Source: Trypanosoma brucei
Taxonomy: Eukaryota
Assembly (NCBI GenBank): GCA_000002445.1
Contig: CM000208.1
Span: 672,001 to 736,000 of the forward strand
Direction of reading: 5' to 3'
DNA: 64,000 nt
This document shows positions 48,186 through 58,736 of the stretch, one piece after another. Position 1 is the first letter of the stretch. Every line of letters begins with the position of its first letter. The position numbers were made by a program, and so were the translations under genes. The notes under the pieces were generated by a model. That model had not been told where the DNA came from, did no database searches, and saw only the letters and a program-made list of their open reading frames with translations.

Positions 48186-49202
48186 ATGTGTAACGACGAT
48201 GCTCGGCAAGAGGGCGTTCAGTGGCCGTCCTCACAGCAATTGGCAGCCCTTGCCGACATAGAAGGTGATGTTCAAATGAAAGCAGCACAACTTGGCTTAC
48301 TTAGTTCAGAGTACCGTGCGAATATTGCACGCGTGTTGCACCACTACGAACCGCAGGCTGCGACCTTTCGCACCATTATTTATGCCAGTGAGCAGAAGCG
48401 AAAGGCAGTGGAAAGGGAACTCGTGTGGACAGAACGCATCGCTTTGCTCCAGGAGCAGCGCTGCGGAACAACTATTGTCTCCACGCGCGATTTGATGGTA
48501 CTTGAGCGGGAACCGTTGCATCCTGTGGAATGCAGCTTAAAAGAATGTTATCAGAAGCTGGAGAATGTTGCGTACAATGAGCTCTGTGTCCTACGAAACT
48601 ACGAATATCCTCCCAGGCAGGCCGTAGCTACAATGAGAATGATCATGAGGGTTCGGGGAGAGGAGGATTTGAGCTGGGAAAACGTACAAGTGGTTCTTAG
48701 TGAGAACTACTTCTACACTTTCTTCGTCAGCCGCATGCGCACGCTACTGCAGAAACGCCTTCCAGATGATGTACTGGAGGAGCTTGAGCAGTACTGCCTC
48801 AATCCTGAGCACGCACCCGAGGCCCTTGCGGTAGTTTCCGTACCGCTGGGAGTTATTGGGAGTTTGTTGCACGCGGTACGTGACTATTTTCAAGTGATGG
48901 ACCTTGTGAAGCGGCCAGTGGAGCCCATGTCAGTTGAAGAGCGCCGCAAGAAGGCCGGTGAGCTGCGCCGTGCCCTGCAGACATTAAAGGAGGACGCCGC
49001 CACTGCAACTGAGGGAATGGCTGATCTGAAGGCGCGTATTGCGAGTAAATTTGTTACCGTGCGTGATGAGTACGATGACACCATGTGTCCACTGCACGAC
49101 GACTTAGAGAAAAAGACAGAGGATTTCCTAAAAGTGCTTTCCGGAGACATTCCTGCTGAGGAAGGTGCCACTGGTGAAGGTGAATGCCCCGATGCCATGT
49201 AG
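48186..49202 (+). CDS. Hypothetical 338-aa protein whose core resembles the pre-stalk segment of dynein heavy chains (the region just before stalk coiled-coil 1); acidic C-terminus.
   Basis: First ATG at 48186; the track start at 48126 is TTG. The segment YPPRQAVATMRMIMRVRGEEDLSWENVQVVL...DDVLEELEQYCLNPEHAPEALAVVSVPLGVIGSLLHAVRDYFQVMDLVKRPVEP is followed by a coiled coil. It parallels the cytoplasmic dynein HC segment [30 protein letters not shown]...[47 protein letters not shown]. Confidence 0.55.
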   Translation: MCNDDARQEGVQWPSSQQLAALADIEGDVQMKAAQLGLLSSEYRANIARVLHHYEPQAATFRTIIYASEQKRKAVERELVWTERIALLQEQRCGTTIVSTRDLMVLEREPLHPVECSLKECYQKLENVAYNELCVLRNYEYPPRQAVATMRMIMRVRGEEDLSWENVQVVLSENYFYTFFVSRMRTLLQKRLPDDVLEELEQYCLNPEHAPEALAVVSVPLGVIGSLLHAVRDYFQVMDLVKRPVEPMSVEERRKKAGELRRALQTLKEDAATATEGMADLKARIASKFVTVRDEYDDTMCPLHDDLEKKTEDFLKVLSGDIPAEEGATGEGECPDAM

Positions 49203-50182
49203 AGACGGTTAGGTTCCAAAGCATTATGACGCGGCGTCTTTGGAGCACAGAAACTGCTGAGAAAGGGCGTACCAGGAAGGAAAGCTGTAAAAAAAGGTGT
49301 GTGAGGTGGTATGAACGCTGGTGGAATGAAGATGGGGAACACTGGAAAATAGAGCGGAAGAAACAACGGTGTACGGAATGAAGGCAGCCAAGAGGAGATC
49401 GCAGTGGGAAAATGGGAAAGAAGAGGGGGAGGAAGCCAGGCGGTGAAGGTGAGGAGAGGAGTGAGGAAAAAAAAAGGTAACTTAGAAAAATAAAAATTGG
49501 AAAGACGGCTGCCATCATTCCAGATTGTTCACGATAGGGAAAAGGAAAGGAGTGTCTTCGTGATGCCAACAGATTATTTTATTTAAATATGTGCATGTTT
49601 TTTTTTTCTTTGTTTTACCTGGGCACATAAAAGGTGCGGTAAAGGACATCTCATGCAATATTTATTATCCATTATGTATATTACTGCCCAACATCTGGCA
49701 CACCGACCTCGATGAGAGCGGTGCTCTCCCTTAAATAAGTTTTAGATGTCTGTCCTGTAAACACTTTGCGGGGCAAAGAAGAATCTTCCACCCACCTTAC
49801 TTTTTTTCCTTTCTTTGGAAAGATCAATGTATACATGTATACAGGTCTTCCGTACAGTTGATGTGAAAGGTGTGGTCAAAGAGAATGCGTAAGTGTTTAA
49901 CACGCTGACTGGAGGACATACATGAGGACGGTTATTACACTAAAAAAACCTTGGGGCCACGTATGTGTGCATGTTTGTGTGGTAAAGCACATTTGGTTTC
50001 ATAGTTGTGCCGTCAGATTTTTCTTTTTCTCTTTCTGAACGCAGCGTGAACTCTGTCAACCCTTCCTTTACACACATGCAACTTTCTTTTCCTTATCTGG
50101 AATTCAACACATTTGCCCATTGCCGCGGGAAATATTTGTAGGTGAGGTTAGGGAGATCGACGCGCTTTCTCTTTCTTTCTTG

Positions 50183-51673
50183 ATGCCAGCCACCAGGGAA
50201 GGGACGAAGAGCGTTACCGCCGAAACGTTTGCGGTTGAGATTGTCCATCTTGTTCGTTTACATCAAATTCACACAGTGACGCTATGTTGTCCAACAGAAG
50301 AACTTCGGGTGGAGCCAGCGGCGCTCCCAATGGCATCTACAATTACCGTTGAGGCACGATTGCTTAGCTCGCTCGATTGGAACTGCGATACGGCTAAGAA
50401 CTGTACTTTTGACGCGGTGCTAGCGAAAAGTAATGGAACAGTATTCACATATCACATCTTATTTGCGACCGCTGTGACTTCGAGAGACTCCGCAGGTGCT
50501 GCTATTTCTGAAAGGCAAGGAACGCAGCTTAGTGCCCACTGGTGTTCGCAGCTGCAGCGGCGGCTGGCTATCTGTTCCGCTCTCACAGGCGTTCCAAGTC
50601 ATCTATCGGTGTTGCTGCTCCCGTACGTACCGCACCTATCGTGGAACAGGGATCGCGATGGGATCCTCGGCGCAATTCACAGCGCGACGATGATGTCGAC
50701 GATAACGGCACGGGACCTGGATGATAATGACACATCGGAAGCGAGGTACGATGTCCGTGTTGCCGCTCTTCTTAACGCGGCAGTTCCGCTTGGTCCCCGT
50801 GTGGGTTATCACACAGTGGCTTTGTTCTTGAATGCCATCGATGGGGATGCCTGTTTTAGGGAGGCACTTTCTCCAAACAACTTGCGCGAAAGCAGAAAAC
50901 GAGTGCGACAGTCTCAGAAGGGATGCATTAAACCGGGGAAAGATACATCGTTTTGTTTTCCCCTCCTAGCTGAGTTCAACGAAAAGTATCTGCTCCCAGC
51001 GCTTTCGTGGGGAGCGCTACACGCGAGCACCCTGGAAGGTAAAGGTAACCACTACGACGTGTGTGGGCTTGGAAAAGACATGGGCTGCAGTGTCTACCTC
51101 CGCGGTACTCTTGACGCTCTCCGTGTGCGCAGCGTTACAGTCATTGTGGACGGGCCGCGCGATTTGTGGTACCGTGTGATATCGCCATATGAGGACACTG
51201 CGGCTCCGGTAGCTAGCATGAAACCTTCTCTACTGCAGCTTGCGGGAAAGCTTGCAGAAACAGTTGAGGCGGCCTTATGCCGGTTGGTTGCCGAGAACTC
51301 GGACAGCTTTGTCCATCGCGCGATGGTCTCACCCTCCAGAGAGGATGGTGCGGCGTGTGTTGCGGCTGGGCCTGAAATCGAGGTCGGGACGATAGTGCCT
51401 ATAGGGCAGTCATGCCCACTACTGATACAGAGTATTGCAGACAGTTTGGCACACATCGTGCGAACGTCGCAGAATCCACTTTTCGTAGCAGACGTTCAGC
51501 GGCTACTGCAGTTACATTTGATGGAAGGTGACACGCCATCACATGTGATGGAATTGAATGCTGATGGTGGAGTTGTGGCGGAAAGTCGTGGTGACGCTGC
51601 CACTCAGTCATCAGTTGGCTCAACCGCTGCAGCACTTCAGTGGGCTGTCGAAACACGTCTCCTGAAGCTGTAA
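50183..51673 (+). CDS. Hypothetical protein of 496 aa and unknown function.
   Basis: First ATG at 50183; the track start at 50120 is TTG. Long co-oriented ORF that I cannot assign to a family. Confidence 0.55.
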   Translation: MPATREGTKSVTAETFAVEIVHLVRLHQIHTVTLCCPTEELRVEPAALPMASTITVEARLLSSLDWNCDTAKNCTFDAVLAKSNGTVFTYHILFATAVTSRDSAGAAISERQGTQLSAHWCSQLQRRLAICSALTGVPSHLSVLLLPYVPHLSWNRDRDGILGAIHSATMMSTITARDLDDNDTSEARYDVRVAALLNAAVPLGPRVGYHTVALFLNAIDGDACFREALSPNNLRESRKRVRQSQKGCIKPGKDTSFCFPLLAEFNEKYLLPALSWGALHASTLEGKGNHYDVCGLGKDMGCSVYLRGTLDALRVRSVTVIVDGPRDLWYRVISPYEDTAAPVASMKPSLLQLAGKLAETVEAALCRLVAENSDSFVHRAMVSPSREDGAACVAAGPEIEVGTIVPIGQSCPLLIQSIADSLAHIVRTSQNPLFVADVQRLLQLHLMEGDTPSHVMELNADGGVVAESRGDAATQSSVGSTAAALQWAVETRLLKL

Positions 51674-51721
51674 GGTGCACTGGAACCTAGTCGACTCCTC
51701 TAGTGGGGAAAAGGGGGCGAT

Positions 51722-51960
51722 GGCGACTCTCCTCTCGTTGTCCCTTTTTCGTTTACTTGTTTTTTGTTGTTATTATTATACTTTTTTTTTTAGGAGCGCT
51801 TGCTTCTTGGCTTTCATTGTTATTTTTCTTTGCGTTTTCATGCCGTGGTGCTTTGTCCACATTACTTTTAGTAGTTTCCACTTTGCTCTGTATTTTTCCT
51901 TTCGTTGTCGCATCTCGCCCCGTTTCTTCTCTGGACGGTGGCATATGGTTCCAAGCGGCC
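51722..51960 (+). promoter_or_regulatory. Long polypyrimidine-rich intergenic tract; candidate polyadenylation and trans-splicing signal region upstream of the 52257 gene.
   Basis: T/C-rich sequence (cctctcgttgtccctttttcgtttacttgttttttgttgtt...) read directly. Confidence 0.4.
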
Positions 51961-52032
51961 CAAATATGCATATATGGAGCAAGTGTCGGTCGTGGTTTCA
52001 ATTAAGTTGAAACAACGAATTTTCTCCCTTTT

Positions 52033-52034
<2 letters not shown>

Positions 52035-52077
<43 letters not shown>
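52035..52077. repeat. (TA)n microsatellite of ~43 bp with one interruption; the longest in the window.
   Basis: Direct reading of tatatatata... at 52035–52077, in the intergenic region after the 50183–51673 gene. Confidence 0.9.
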
Positions 52078-52078
<1 letters not shown>

Positions 52079-52256
52079 CTATTTCCTACTATTTGCTCCG
52101 TTAGAGATCCTCATTTCCCTCTTTCCTTTTCCGTTGCTTTAGAAGTATGCATGCATTAACCAATTAGCCACCTCGTGTAGCATTGCTCTCGGTTCCCTTC
52201 AAAGGTTCGTGTTGAGGGTTGGCGGTTGCAGATCAAACTCCCACACTTCCGTCTAA

Positions 52257-52667
52257 ATGCATCCCCGTGTTGCTAAACTTTACTTGGATTTTATGCAGTT
52301 GGCCCCACATGCCACGACATTTTGTGGGTCCACTACGGCGTACAGGGCTGCTGTTCAAGAGGGTTTCAGCGCCACTCGAGTAGTGCCTGGCACACCGGAG
52401 TTTGCTCATAGCTTAGCTAAAGGTCGCTCTGTTCTTGGGCGTCTGCAAGATCTCATAACCGTACGGAAGTATCGTGCAATGATGAAGCGATACAGCTGGT
52501 CTAGCTATAAGAATAAACAGGAGTTGGTGGCGCTACTCGGAGAGACGAAGGCTCAGAGTGAGTTGCTGGGCCTCAATAACCGAGACGTTTATGGTTACGA
52601 TGATCACTACTGTCACCATGCACCCAGTAAACCAATGGGGGGTGAGGGTGATTTTTCTGAAAAATAG
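52257..52667 (+). CDS. Small hypothetical protein of 136 aa. The N-terminal LY..F motif may indicate a LYR-like mitochondrial protein.
   Basis: ATG-initiated ORF between polypyrimidine-rich intergenic regions. It is basic, and the LYR hint is very weak. Confidence 0.4.
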   Translation: MHPRVAKLYLDFMQLAPHATTFCGSTTAYRAAVQEGFSATRVVPGTPEFAHSLAKGRSVLGRLQDLITVRKYRAMMKRYSWSSYKNKQELVALLGETKAQSELLGLNNRDVYGYDDHYCHHAPSKPMGGEGDFSEK

Positions 52668-53183
52668 TCTGATGGTTGGTAGCGGGGTGTTAGTGGTGTG
52701 TAGGGGTGGCGTGTGTTTGTAGTTATCGCCATCATCATTTCACTGTGAGAAGAATATGTGTACGACTTTTCAAAAATGCAAGTGTTAGCGACTTCTCTGT
52801 TTGTTTTGTCACAATCTTCACTTTCATATTGTTCGTCGCCAGCCTTGTGCCAATGAGTGGTGTGTTAAACGTACGTGCTACATGGAGTCATCCGTTTCCT
52901 TTCAAGGCTGCTTTACGGTCAAAGCAATGCAAATGCGTGATTGTGTTGGAGTAAATATCGAGTAGAAGTTGAAAAACAAGAGAAAAGCAATATGTGCTGC
53001 TTTCGCTGTTCCTGTCTCTGCTGGCCCCGCATGATTTACTGCCCCTCAAGAAAAAAATAATACTTATGACTACACACATATATACATATCTCTTTCTTTT
53101 TGTTTTTTCGTTGTGATGTTTGCACGCTTATTTTGACCTGTGCCCTCACCGTAGATCGCACCGGAAGGGCACGGACTGTAGCC

Positions 53184-53525
53184 ATGCCGCCAAAGAAGGG
53201 AGGAAAGGATACCAAGCAGGCGCCCAAGAAGGGCAAGATGGAGAACCTCAACAAGGGTGCCAAGAAGGCCGCAAAGAAGTGGTCTAAAGGTCGTACCCGT
53301 GAGGCACTTCAGAACGCCGTTATGTTCGATAAGGAGACGATGGACAAACTCATGAAGGAAGTACCGAAATACAAGGTTATCACACCATCCATCATCAGTG
53401 ACCGTCTGAAAATCTCCGTGGCTCTTGCTGGGAAGGGGCTCCAGCACTTGTGCAGACAGGGGCTCATTCGGTTGGTTTCATGCAGCAGTAAGTTTCGCGT
53501 TTACACGCGCGCTGCTACCGCATAA
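53184..53525 (+). CDS. RPS25: 40S ribosomal protein eS25 (RPS25).
   Basis: The ORF-track frame is open from 53100, but the first ATG lies at 53184. The translation MPPKKGGKDTKQAPKKGK...KKWSKGRTREALQNAVMFDKETMDKLMKEVPKYKVITPSIISDRLKISVALAGKGLQHLCRQGLIRLVS aligns with eukaryotic S25: [70 protein letters not shown]. Confidence 0.9.
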   Translation: MPPKKGGKDTKQAPKKGKMENLNKGAKKAAKKWSKGRTREALQNAVMFDKETMDKLMKEVPKYKVITPSIISDRLKISVALAGKGLQHLCRQGLIRLVSCSSKFRVYTRAATA

Positions 53526-54089
53526 AGGAGGGAGAACTGGGCTTATCGATGAAGAGGGAAAGTAGGCGAATGCAAACTAACATTTCTCGGTTGTGACCAT
53601 GACGGTGCTGGGGCCGCCACGAGGTGGCGCGCAAGTTTGCAACAGCATTTTGCTTGGTGTGCCAACTCTACTTTCCTTTTTTTTATTATTATCCCCTTTC
53701 ATTCCTCCCCTTCCTGCTGCTTCCGTGTGAATACTTTGCCTTATTTCTTTTACAATAGTTTGTCTTCTAACACGTGTTGTTTTGCGTAGGGCTACGCACA
53801 TAGCGTTTGTGTTTTGCGGGACGACCGTCATTGTTCTGCACTCCTGTGCCTTTTTTTTTTCGAAACTCTTGCCGCAATCGTTTGTGCATCACTCTCCTCC
53901 CTGTCTTACTTTTTTTTTTCTATCATTCCTACCCGCAATTTTATGCTTTGGTACAGTTTCCGCCCTGTAACTTTAGGTTATTTGGGTGATCGGGTCCAGT
54001 GGTATATAAGACCCACTTCGTGAACGCACTTATATTACCACTCTCCCACACCGAGTTGGAGCGTGTGGTTTGTACTGCTTATACCAAGA

Positions 54090-55226
54090 ATGGAGCGCGT
54101 TACCCTCAGTGCACCATTCAATGGAAGACGATTGCTTTCCAATGAATCCCTTGTTGAAAGTCAAGAGGCGAGGAAAGGTGGATTATCCTCAAATAAATTT
54201 CCAGGACGTGGGCGGAGTGTTGAACCCCCGTTACAATCGCAAGACAAGGACCCAACCATCAAGAAACCCACAGCGCTGGTGATGGCACCGTTGGGGAATA
54301 CCGGGTTGGCACTACCTCGTCTGCCTACAGTGCCCGTGCCGAACGTCAGGCGCCGAATTTTTAAGCGCCCGAGCCTACACATCCCAGTTGGGACGTTGGA
54401 ACCTGTTATAAACTTGCGTCAACTGAAGAAAGTGGGGGAACAGGTCGGCCGTCGGCATGGTGAACACACTCTAAGTCGTAACACTGAAGTTGGGACCGAG
54501 TGGAAGACCGGCTCTGGTGTTGGAGAACTCGCAAATGCGAAGAAGTCTCTACGACCCCGGACAGCGTTGGAGTCACCCACGGCAGCGCGCCGGCGGGCAC
54601 AATCAGAGACAATTGCAGATCCCTTCACCATCCGTCGCGAGGGGTGCGTCTCATTGGGATTGAGTCAGGGCTTGAAAAGCGGCTCGGTACTCGCTCATAC
54701 ATTATCATCGATGCGGCCGAGGTCGACAGTTGTTGATGGCCTTGTTTGCTCCTCTTTACGACAACAAGAACAACCGGAAGGTGTTTTCGCAAGCGAATGC
54801 GGAGGGATCATGGGATACGGTGCAACAGCAACAACAAACGCTCTGTTTTCTTCTTCAAATTCGCCTAATAAGATTACTGACGAAACTTCTGGTATGTGTA
54901 TGAGCGACAGCTTTAGCGGGGGATCGAGCAGCGGTGATGGCAGTGACATTGAGGATCTTGATGACGAAGGGAATAGTCGCCCACATTCCTGTTTCGGGGA
55001 TAGAATTGTGATTAGTGTCTCTTCTGGTAATAACAGAGGAGGGCGGTACTTCACCCATGAAAGTAAGATAAGAGATATTTCCCGCCGGGTGGCGTACAAC
55101 AATTTTCTTGACGAAGAAGATATTCCTGTGGTCTCTACACGTAGCCTTGTTCGTAGGCCAAACGGAACCCGCGTAACAATGAAAGAGGGCATCAAGGAGG
55201 ATGGCATTCCTTCTACGACCCAGTAA
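54090..55226 (+). CDS. Hypothetical Ser/Arg/Gly-rich protein of 378 aa.
   Basis: First ATG at 54090; the track start at 54063 is GTG. The sequence is low-complexity and basic with no recognisable domain. Confidence 0.45.
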   Translation: MERVTLSAPFNGRRLLSNESLVESQEARKGGLSSNKFPGRGRSVEPPLQSQDKDPTIKKPTALVMAPLGNTGLALPRLPTVPVPNVRRRIFKRPSLHIPVGTLEPVINLRQLKKVGEQVGRRHGEHTLSRNTEVGTEWKTGSGVGELANAKKSLRPRTALESPTAARRRAQSETIADPFTIRREGCVSLGLSQGLKSGSVLAHTLSSMRPRSTVVDGLVCSSLRQQEQPEGVFASECGGIMGYGATATTNALFSSSNSPNKITDETSGMCMSDSFSGGSSSGDGSDIEDLDDEGNSRPHSCFGDRIVISVSSGNNRGGRYFTHESKIRDISRRVAYNNFLDEEDIPVVSTRSLVRRPNGTRVTMKEGIKEDGIPSTTQ

Positions 55227-55304
55227 AAGCACGTTGTGCAATAAGCGTGTGTGTGTGTGATGAAAAAGAAAGTGAGCTGGGAGGAATGATAAGTAGCCTT
55301 TATT

Positions 55305-55321
55305 TATATATATATATATAT
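55305..55321. repeat. (TA)n microsatellite.
   Basis: tatatatatatatatat after the 54090–55226 ORF. Confidence 0.85.
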
Positions 55322-56393
55322 GAAGGTGCAATGCTCTTACCAACAAATCGACGCTCAATTTTTTTTTCGTATCGATTCTGCGGTTGTGTTACTAGTTCTG
55401 TTAGTGTTTCTTCATAGTTTATATCGTCAGCATTCCTTTTATTTCATTATTCGTGCGTATGCGATCGTTCGTTGTACCTTCATTCTTTTATAAGTCTTTG
55501 TCTTCCCCTTTCTTCGATGTGAGGCATGAAGTAAAGAAGGGGAAGAATTTTCTACCATCGTTTAATATTTGATATCCCTTTTCTTTTGATTAATTTTTTC
55601 TCCTTTGGGCTGTTGTTTGTGACTTCCCCCCCCCCTCCCTTCAGATGGTAGGAGATAAATTTATTAACACCTCCCCCTCTTTACCACAACTGGTTGCCGG
55701 AAAAGTGAACGCTCGCTGACTTTATATATCCAATCCTCTGAATATAGATGCTTCTCGTTTTTGTGGATGGCAGAAACGAGTTTAGTAGAGATGTAGCATC
55801 AGCATAATATGGATAGTTGCTCATTTTGTGGATGTGTTCTCTTTAGCATGCATATCTGCTGCTTTTTACTCTTCCTCTATCGCCTTCCCATTTATCAACA
55901 GACTCTCATTCCCTTCCCTATTTGTTGTCAGTAATTTATTTATATATACCGTTGATATAATAATAATTATAATAATACTGAGTACCTTACGGCTCCAACA
56001 ACCTTATATTATCTGAGAATTGACACCGACGGCGCATATGCGGCTGTCGTAAAACCCTCCCTTCACTCTACTTTTGATTTTTTTTCCCCCTCCGATGAAC
56101 GTTGTTCCGTCATGTATGTGATTCCACTTTATTGCCATAACCTTGTGTGTTTTTGCACGTCGAGTGCTTTGTTGGTTTGTATGAAAAGCGCTTGAAAATC
56201 TTCGACTAATTTTCACCTCTTTTTTGTGATTCCACCCTCTTTATCGTGATGCACACACAGGGAAAGGAATAATTAAACGACAAGAAGGAGGAAGATATTA
56301 AGAGGACATAAACCTAAGGGAGAACGTCACATATAATATTCTGTACAGTCGCCTCACCCGACATAGGGAGTGAGAAGGGACACGGCCACGCCC

Positions 56394-58736
56394 ATGTCCA
56401 CTCCGAAGTGCACGAAGCAGTCGATAAATCGCAAACGCGGCCAGGGCACTTCCGGTTTAAAAGCATCGGCCCTCGTAGCGACTGCAGATCAGGGTGACCC
56501 TCCCCCTTTTTCTCCATCACTGGAGCTTACCTTCCGTGGGCATCGAAGCACTGTTCTTGCCGCAAGCTTCAGACCGACAGCTGTGTCGTACTCATACTCC
56601 AGTCTGGATGGACGGGGGTCACCGGAAAATGTGTGGTCCTCCCCATGTATCCTTTCAGGGGGTGCTGATGGTTATGTTTTTATGTGGAGCGCGCGGCCAA
56701 CTGTTAGGGCACTACGCTTCGTTGGACCCCATAGTCCGGTGCGTGACTGTGCTTGGAGCTCGCACGGTCAGCTTCTTGCAAGCGCTGGACACGACGGTTT
56801 CGTGCGCCTTTGGCTCCCGATGTTGCGCCGCACAAGTGGGTTGACGGGCTCCTCATCGTCAGGGGGGGGTTGTGTCGGTAGTGGTGGAGAGAACTGCTAC
56901 TTGTGGCGTGCACATGAAGGCCCCGTCCGGGCATTAGCCGCAGCACCCTACGATGATTACCTTTACACAGCTGGAGATGACAAGTCGGTGAAATGCTGGG
57001 ATTTAAATTATTCGCCCACTCGGTCTTCCTCATCGGGGAAAAGTGGTGGTCACAAGTTTGTTTGTGGGTTTGTAGGTGGGCATCAGAACTGGGTGCGTAC
57101 CGTCGCCGTTTCCAATGGCATGAGTGCGCTACCTTCCCATGGTCCACTGGTGGCAAGTGGAGGTGACGATCGCACAGTGCAGGTTTGGGACCCGCGTTCA
57201 CGCAGGCCAACACATACTTTTTACGAGCACACGGATAGTGTACGATCTGTTGACTTTCATCCTGACGGCTGTTCGATTGCAACGGGATCATCAGACCATA
57301 CCATAAACGTGTATGACCTTCGGCTAAATAGGTTACTTCAGCACTACGGTGCGCATGACGGTGCCGTTAATGAAGTGCGTTTTGCCCCCACAGGTAGCTG
57401 GTTGCTCTCTGCTTCAGCAGACGGAACAGCAAAGTTATGGGACCTGAAGGAGGGATATCTGTATTGCACGCTCAGCGCTCATGAGGGTGGCGTCTACACT
57501 TCACGATTCTCCGATGACAGTCGCCATTTGGTGACAGCTGGTCAAGACGGACTGGTGATGATGTGGCGAACGGGTTTGTTGAGAACACAGCCGGTGTACG
57601 CAACACATTTCTACGCAGGAAAGTGCCCACCGGTGGGAGCGGCCACTGAACCGCTGCCGCTACCCGCCGCCACATCGATTAACACTGAACCGCGCCCTGA
57701 AGATGGGTTTGATCATACCCATTTAGCGGATTCAACGGTTGTAAACCGAGAGGGCAGAAGGTGCGGTTCTCGGGACGCCAAGGAGTTGGGGACATGTTTG
57801 GCTCGTAGCCGCCGTAACTCGACCGATGTCGTTAGTGGTCACCGTACCAGCGAGGGTAAGAGGCCTAATGTCGGCGTAGCAAAGTCGAAATTGGGTAACC
57901 GAGCAACATTTTCGGTTGCGTCTTCTCAAAATTCTGCTGTTTCGTCGCAGAGGCCACCGCTTGCCCAACCTTCATTACAAGCGGGCGGAAGTGCCGCCGC
58001 CGCTGCCATGGCCGTATCAGCGGAGATAGACGATTGTCCATTTGCTGCTTGCCTTAGGAACGACGTTTGCAACGGTGTTGGAAGCGGTAACTCGATTGCA
58101 CAGAGCTTCAGCCGCTCTGAGCGCAGGGAGCGCACTCCCGTCAAACCAAAAACTGAGACTCATAACGGCAGCGAAGAGTTTTCTGTTCCAAACGAGGCGT
58201 TCCATACTGTGAGCATGAAAGTTTCGGTCAGTGATGGAGGACATCAACAAGGTGAAGAAAATCAGCGGCGGTTGCAGCCTCAAGAGCGACACCATCCGTT
58301 GCCAACCAATGCACAAGTGACTTCCGCGGTTGGTGTGGAAGGGAGTCTACGTGGGAACACCTCCGGAGTTGGTGAAGAAGATGAAGAGATGTGTGTTGTG
58401 GAGTATATCGACGATGCGAGTGGTGAAGCACGTTACAATGGCTGGATGAACTGCGCAGAATCTGCGTCACACCATGTGGATCATTCCATGCTCAGTCGTA
58501 AGGGAGATGAACACAATATGAATGCTCGTTTGGAACGCCTTGAGAAGGCTTATGCCCGACTCGCTGAGGAGGTTCAAGTGTCGCAAAGGCACACTGTGGA
58601 GGTCGTTCAAAAACAACAGGAGAACTGGGAGCTGCAGAGGCAGCAACAGCGTGCCGAAATGGAGCAACTACGTGTGATGATGGCGGGACTCGTGGCCCAG
58701 CAAGACGCCTTGTTGGAGGCACTTCGGAAGGCTTGA
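56394..58736 (+). CDS. POC1: POC1 centriolar protein (WD40 beta-propeller plus C-terminal coiled coil) with a long low-complexity linker.
   Basis: First ATG at 56394; the track start at 56370 is GTG. The WD repeats align with human POC1: LELTFRGHRSTVLAASF~LERHFKGHRDAVTCVDF, FYEHTDSVRSVDFHPDGCSIATGSSDHTINVYDLRLNRLLQHYGAHDGAVNEVRFAPTGSWLLSASADGTAKLWDLKEGYLYCTLSAHEG~[90 protein letters not shown]. The last ~80 aa form a coiled coil, as in POC1. Confidence 0.8.
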   Translation: MSTPKCTKQSINRKRGQGTSGLKASALVATADQGDPPPFSPSLELTFRGHRSTVLAASFRPTAVSYSYSSLDGRGSPENVWSSPCILSGGADGYVFMWSARPTVRALRFVGPHSPVRDCAWSSHGQLLASAGHDGFVRLWLPMLRRTSGLTGSSSSGGGCVGSGGENCYLWRAHEGPVRALAAAPYDDYLYTAGDDKSVKCWDLNYSPTRSSSSGKSGGHKFVCGFVGGHQNWVRTVAVSNGMSALPSHGPLVASGGDDRTVQVWDPRSRRPTHTFYEHTDSVRSVDFHPDGCSIATGSSDHTINVYDLRLNRLLQHYGAHDGAVNEVRFAPTGSWLLSASADGTAKLWDLKEGYLYCTLSAHEGGVYTSRFSDDSRHLVTAGQDGLVMMWRTGLLRTQPVYATHFYAGKCPPVGAATEPLPLPAATSINTEPRPEDGFDHTHLADSTVVNREGRRCGSRDAKELGTCLARSRRNSTDVVSGHRTSEGKRPNVGVAKSKLGNRATFSVASSQNSAVSSQRPPLAQPSLQAGGSAAAAAMAVSAEIDDCPFAACLRNDVCNGVGSGNSIAQSFSRSERRERTPVKPKTETHNGSEEFSVPNEAFHTVSMKVSVSDGGHQQGEENQRRLQPQERHHPLPTNAQVTSAVGVEGSLRGNTSGVGEEDEEMCVVEYIDDASGEARYNGWMNCAESASHHVDHSMLSRKGDEHNMNARLERLEKAYARLAEEVQVSQRHTVEVVQKQQENWELQRQQQRAEMEQLRVMMAGLVAQQDALLEALRKA

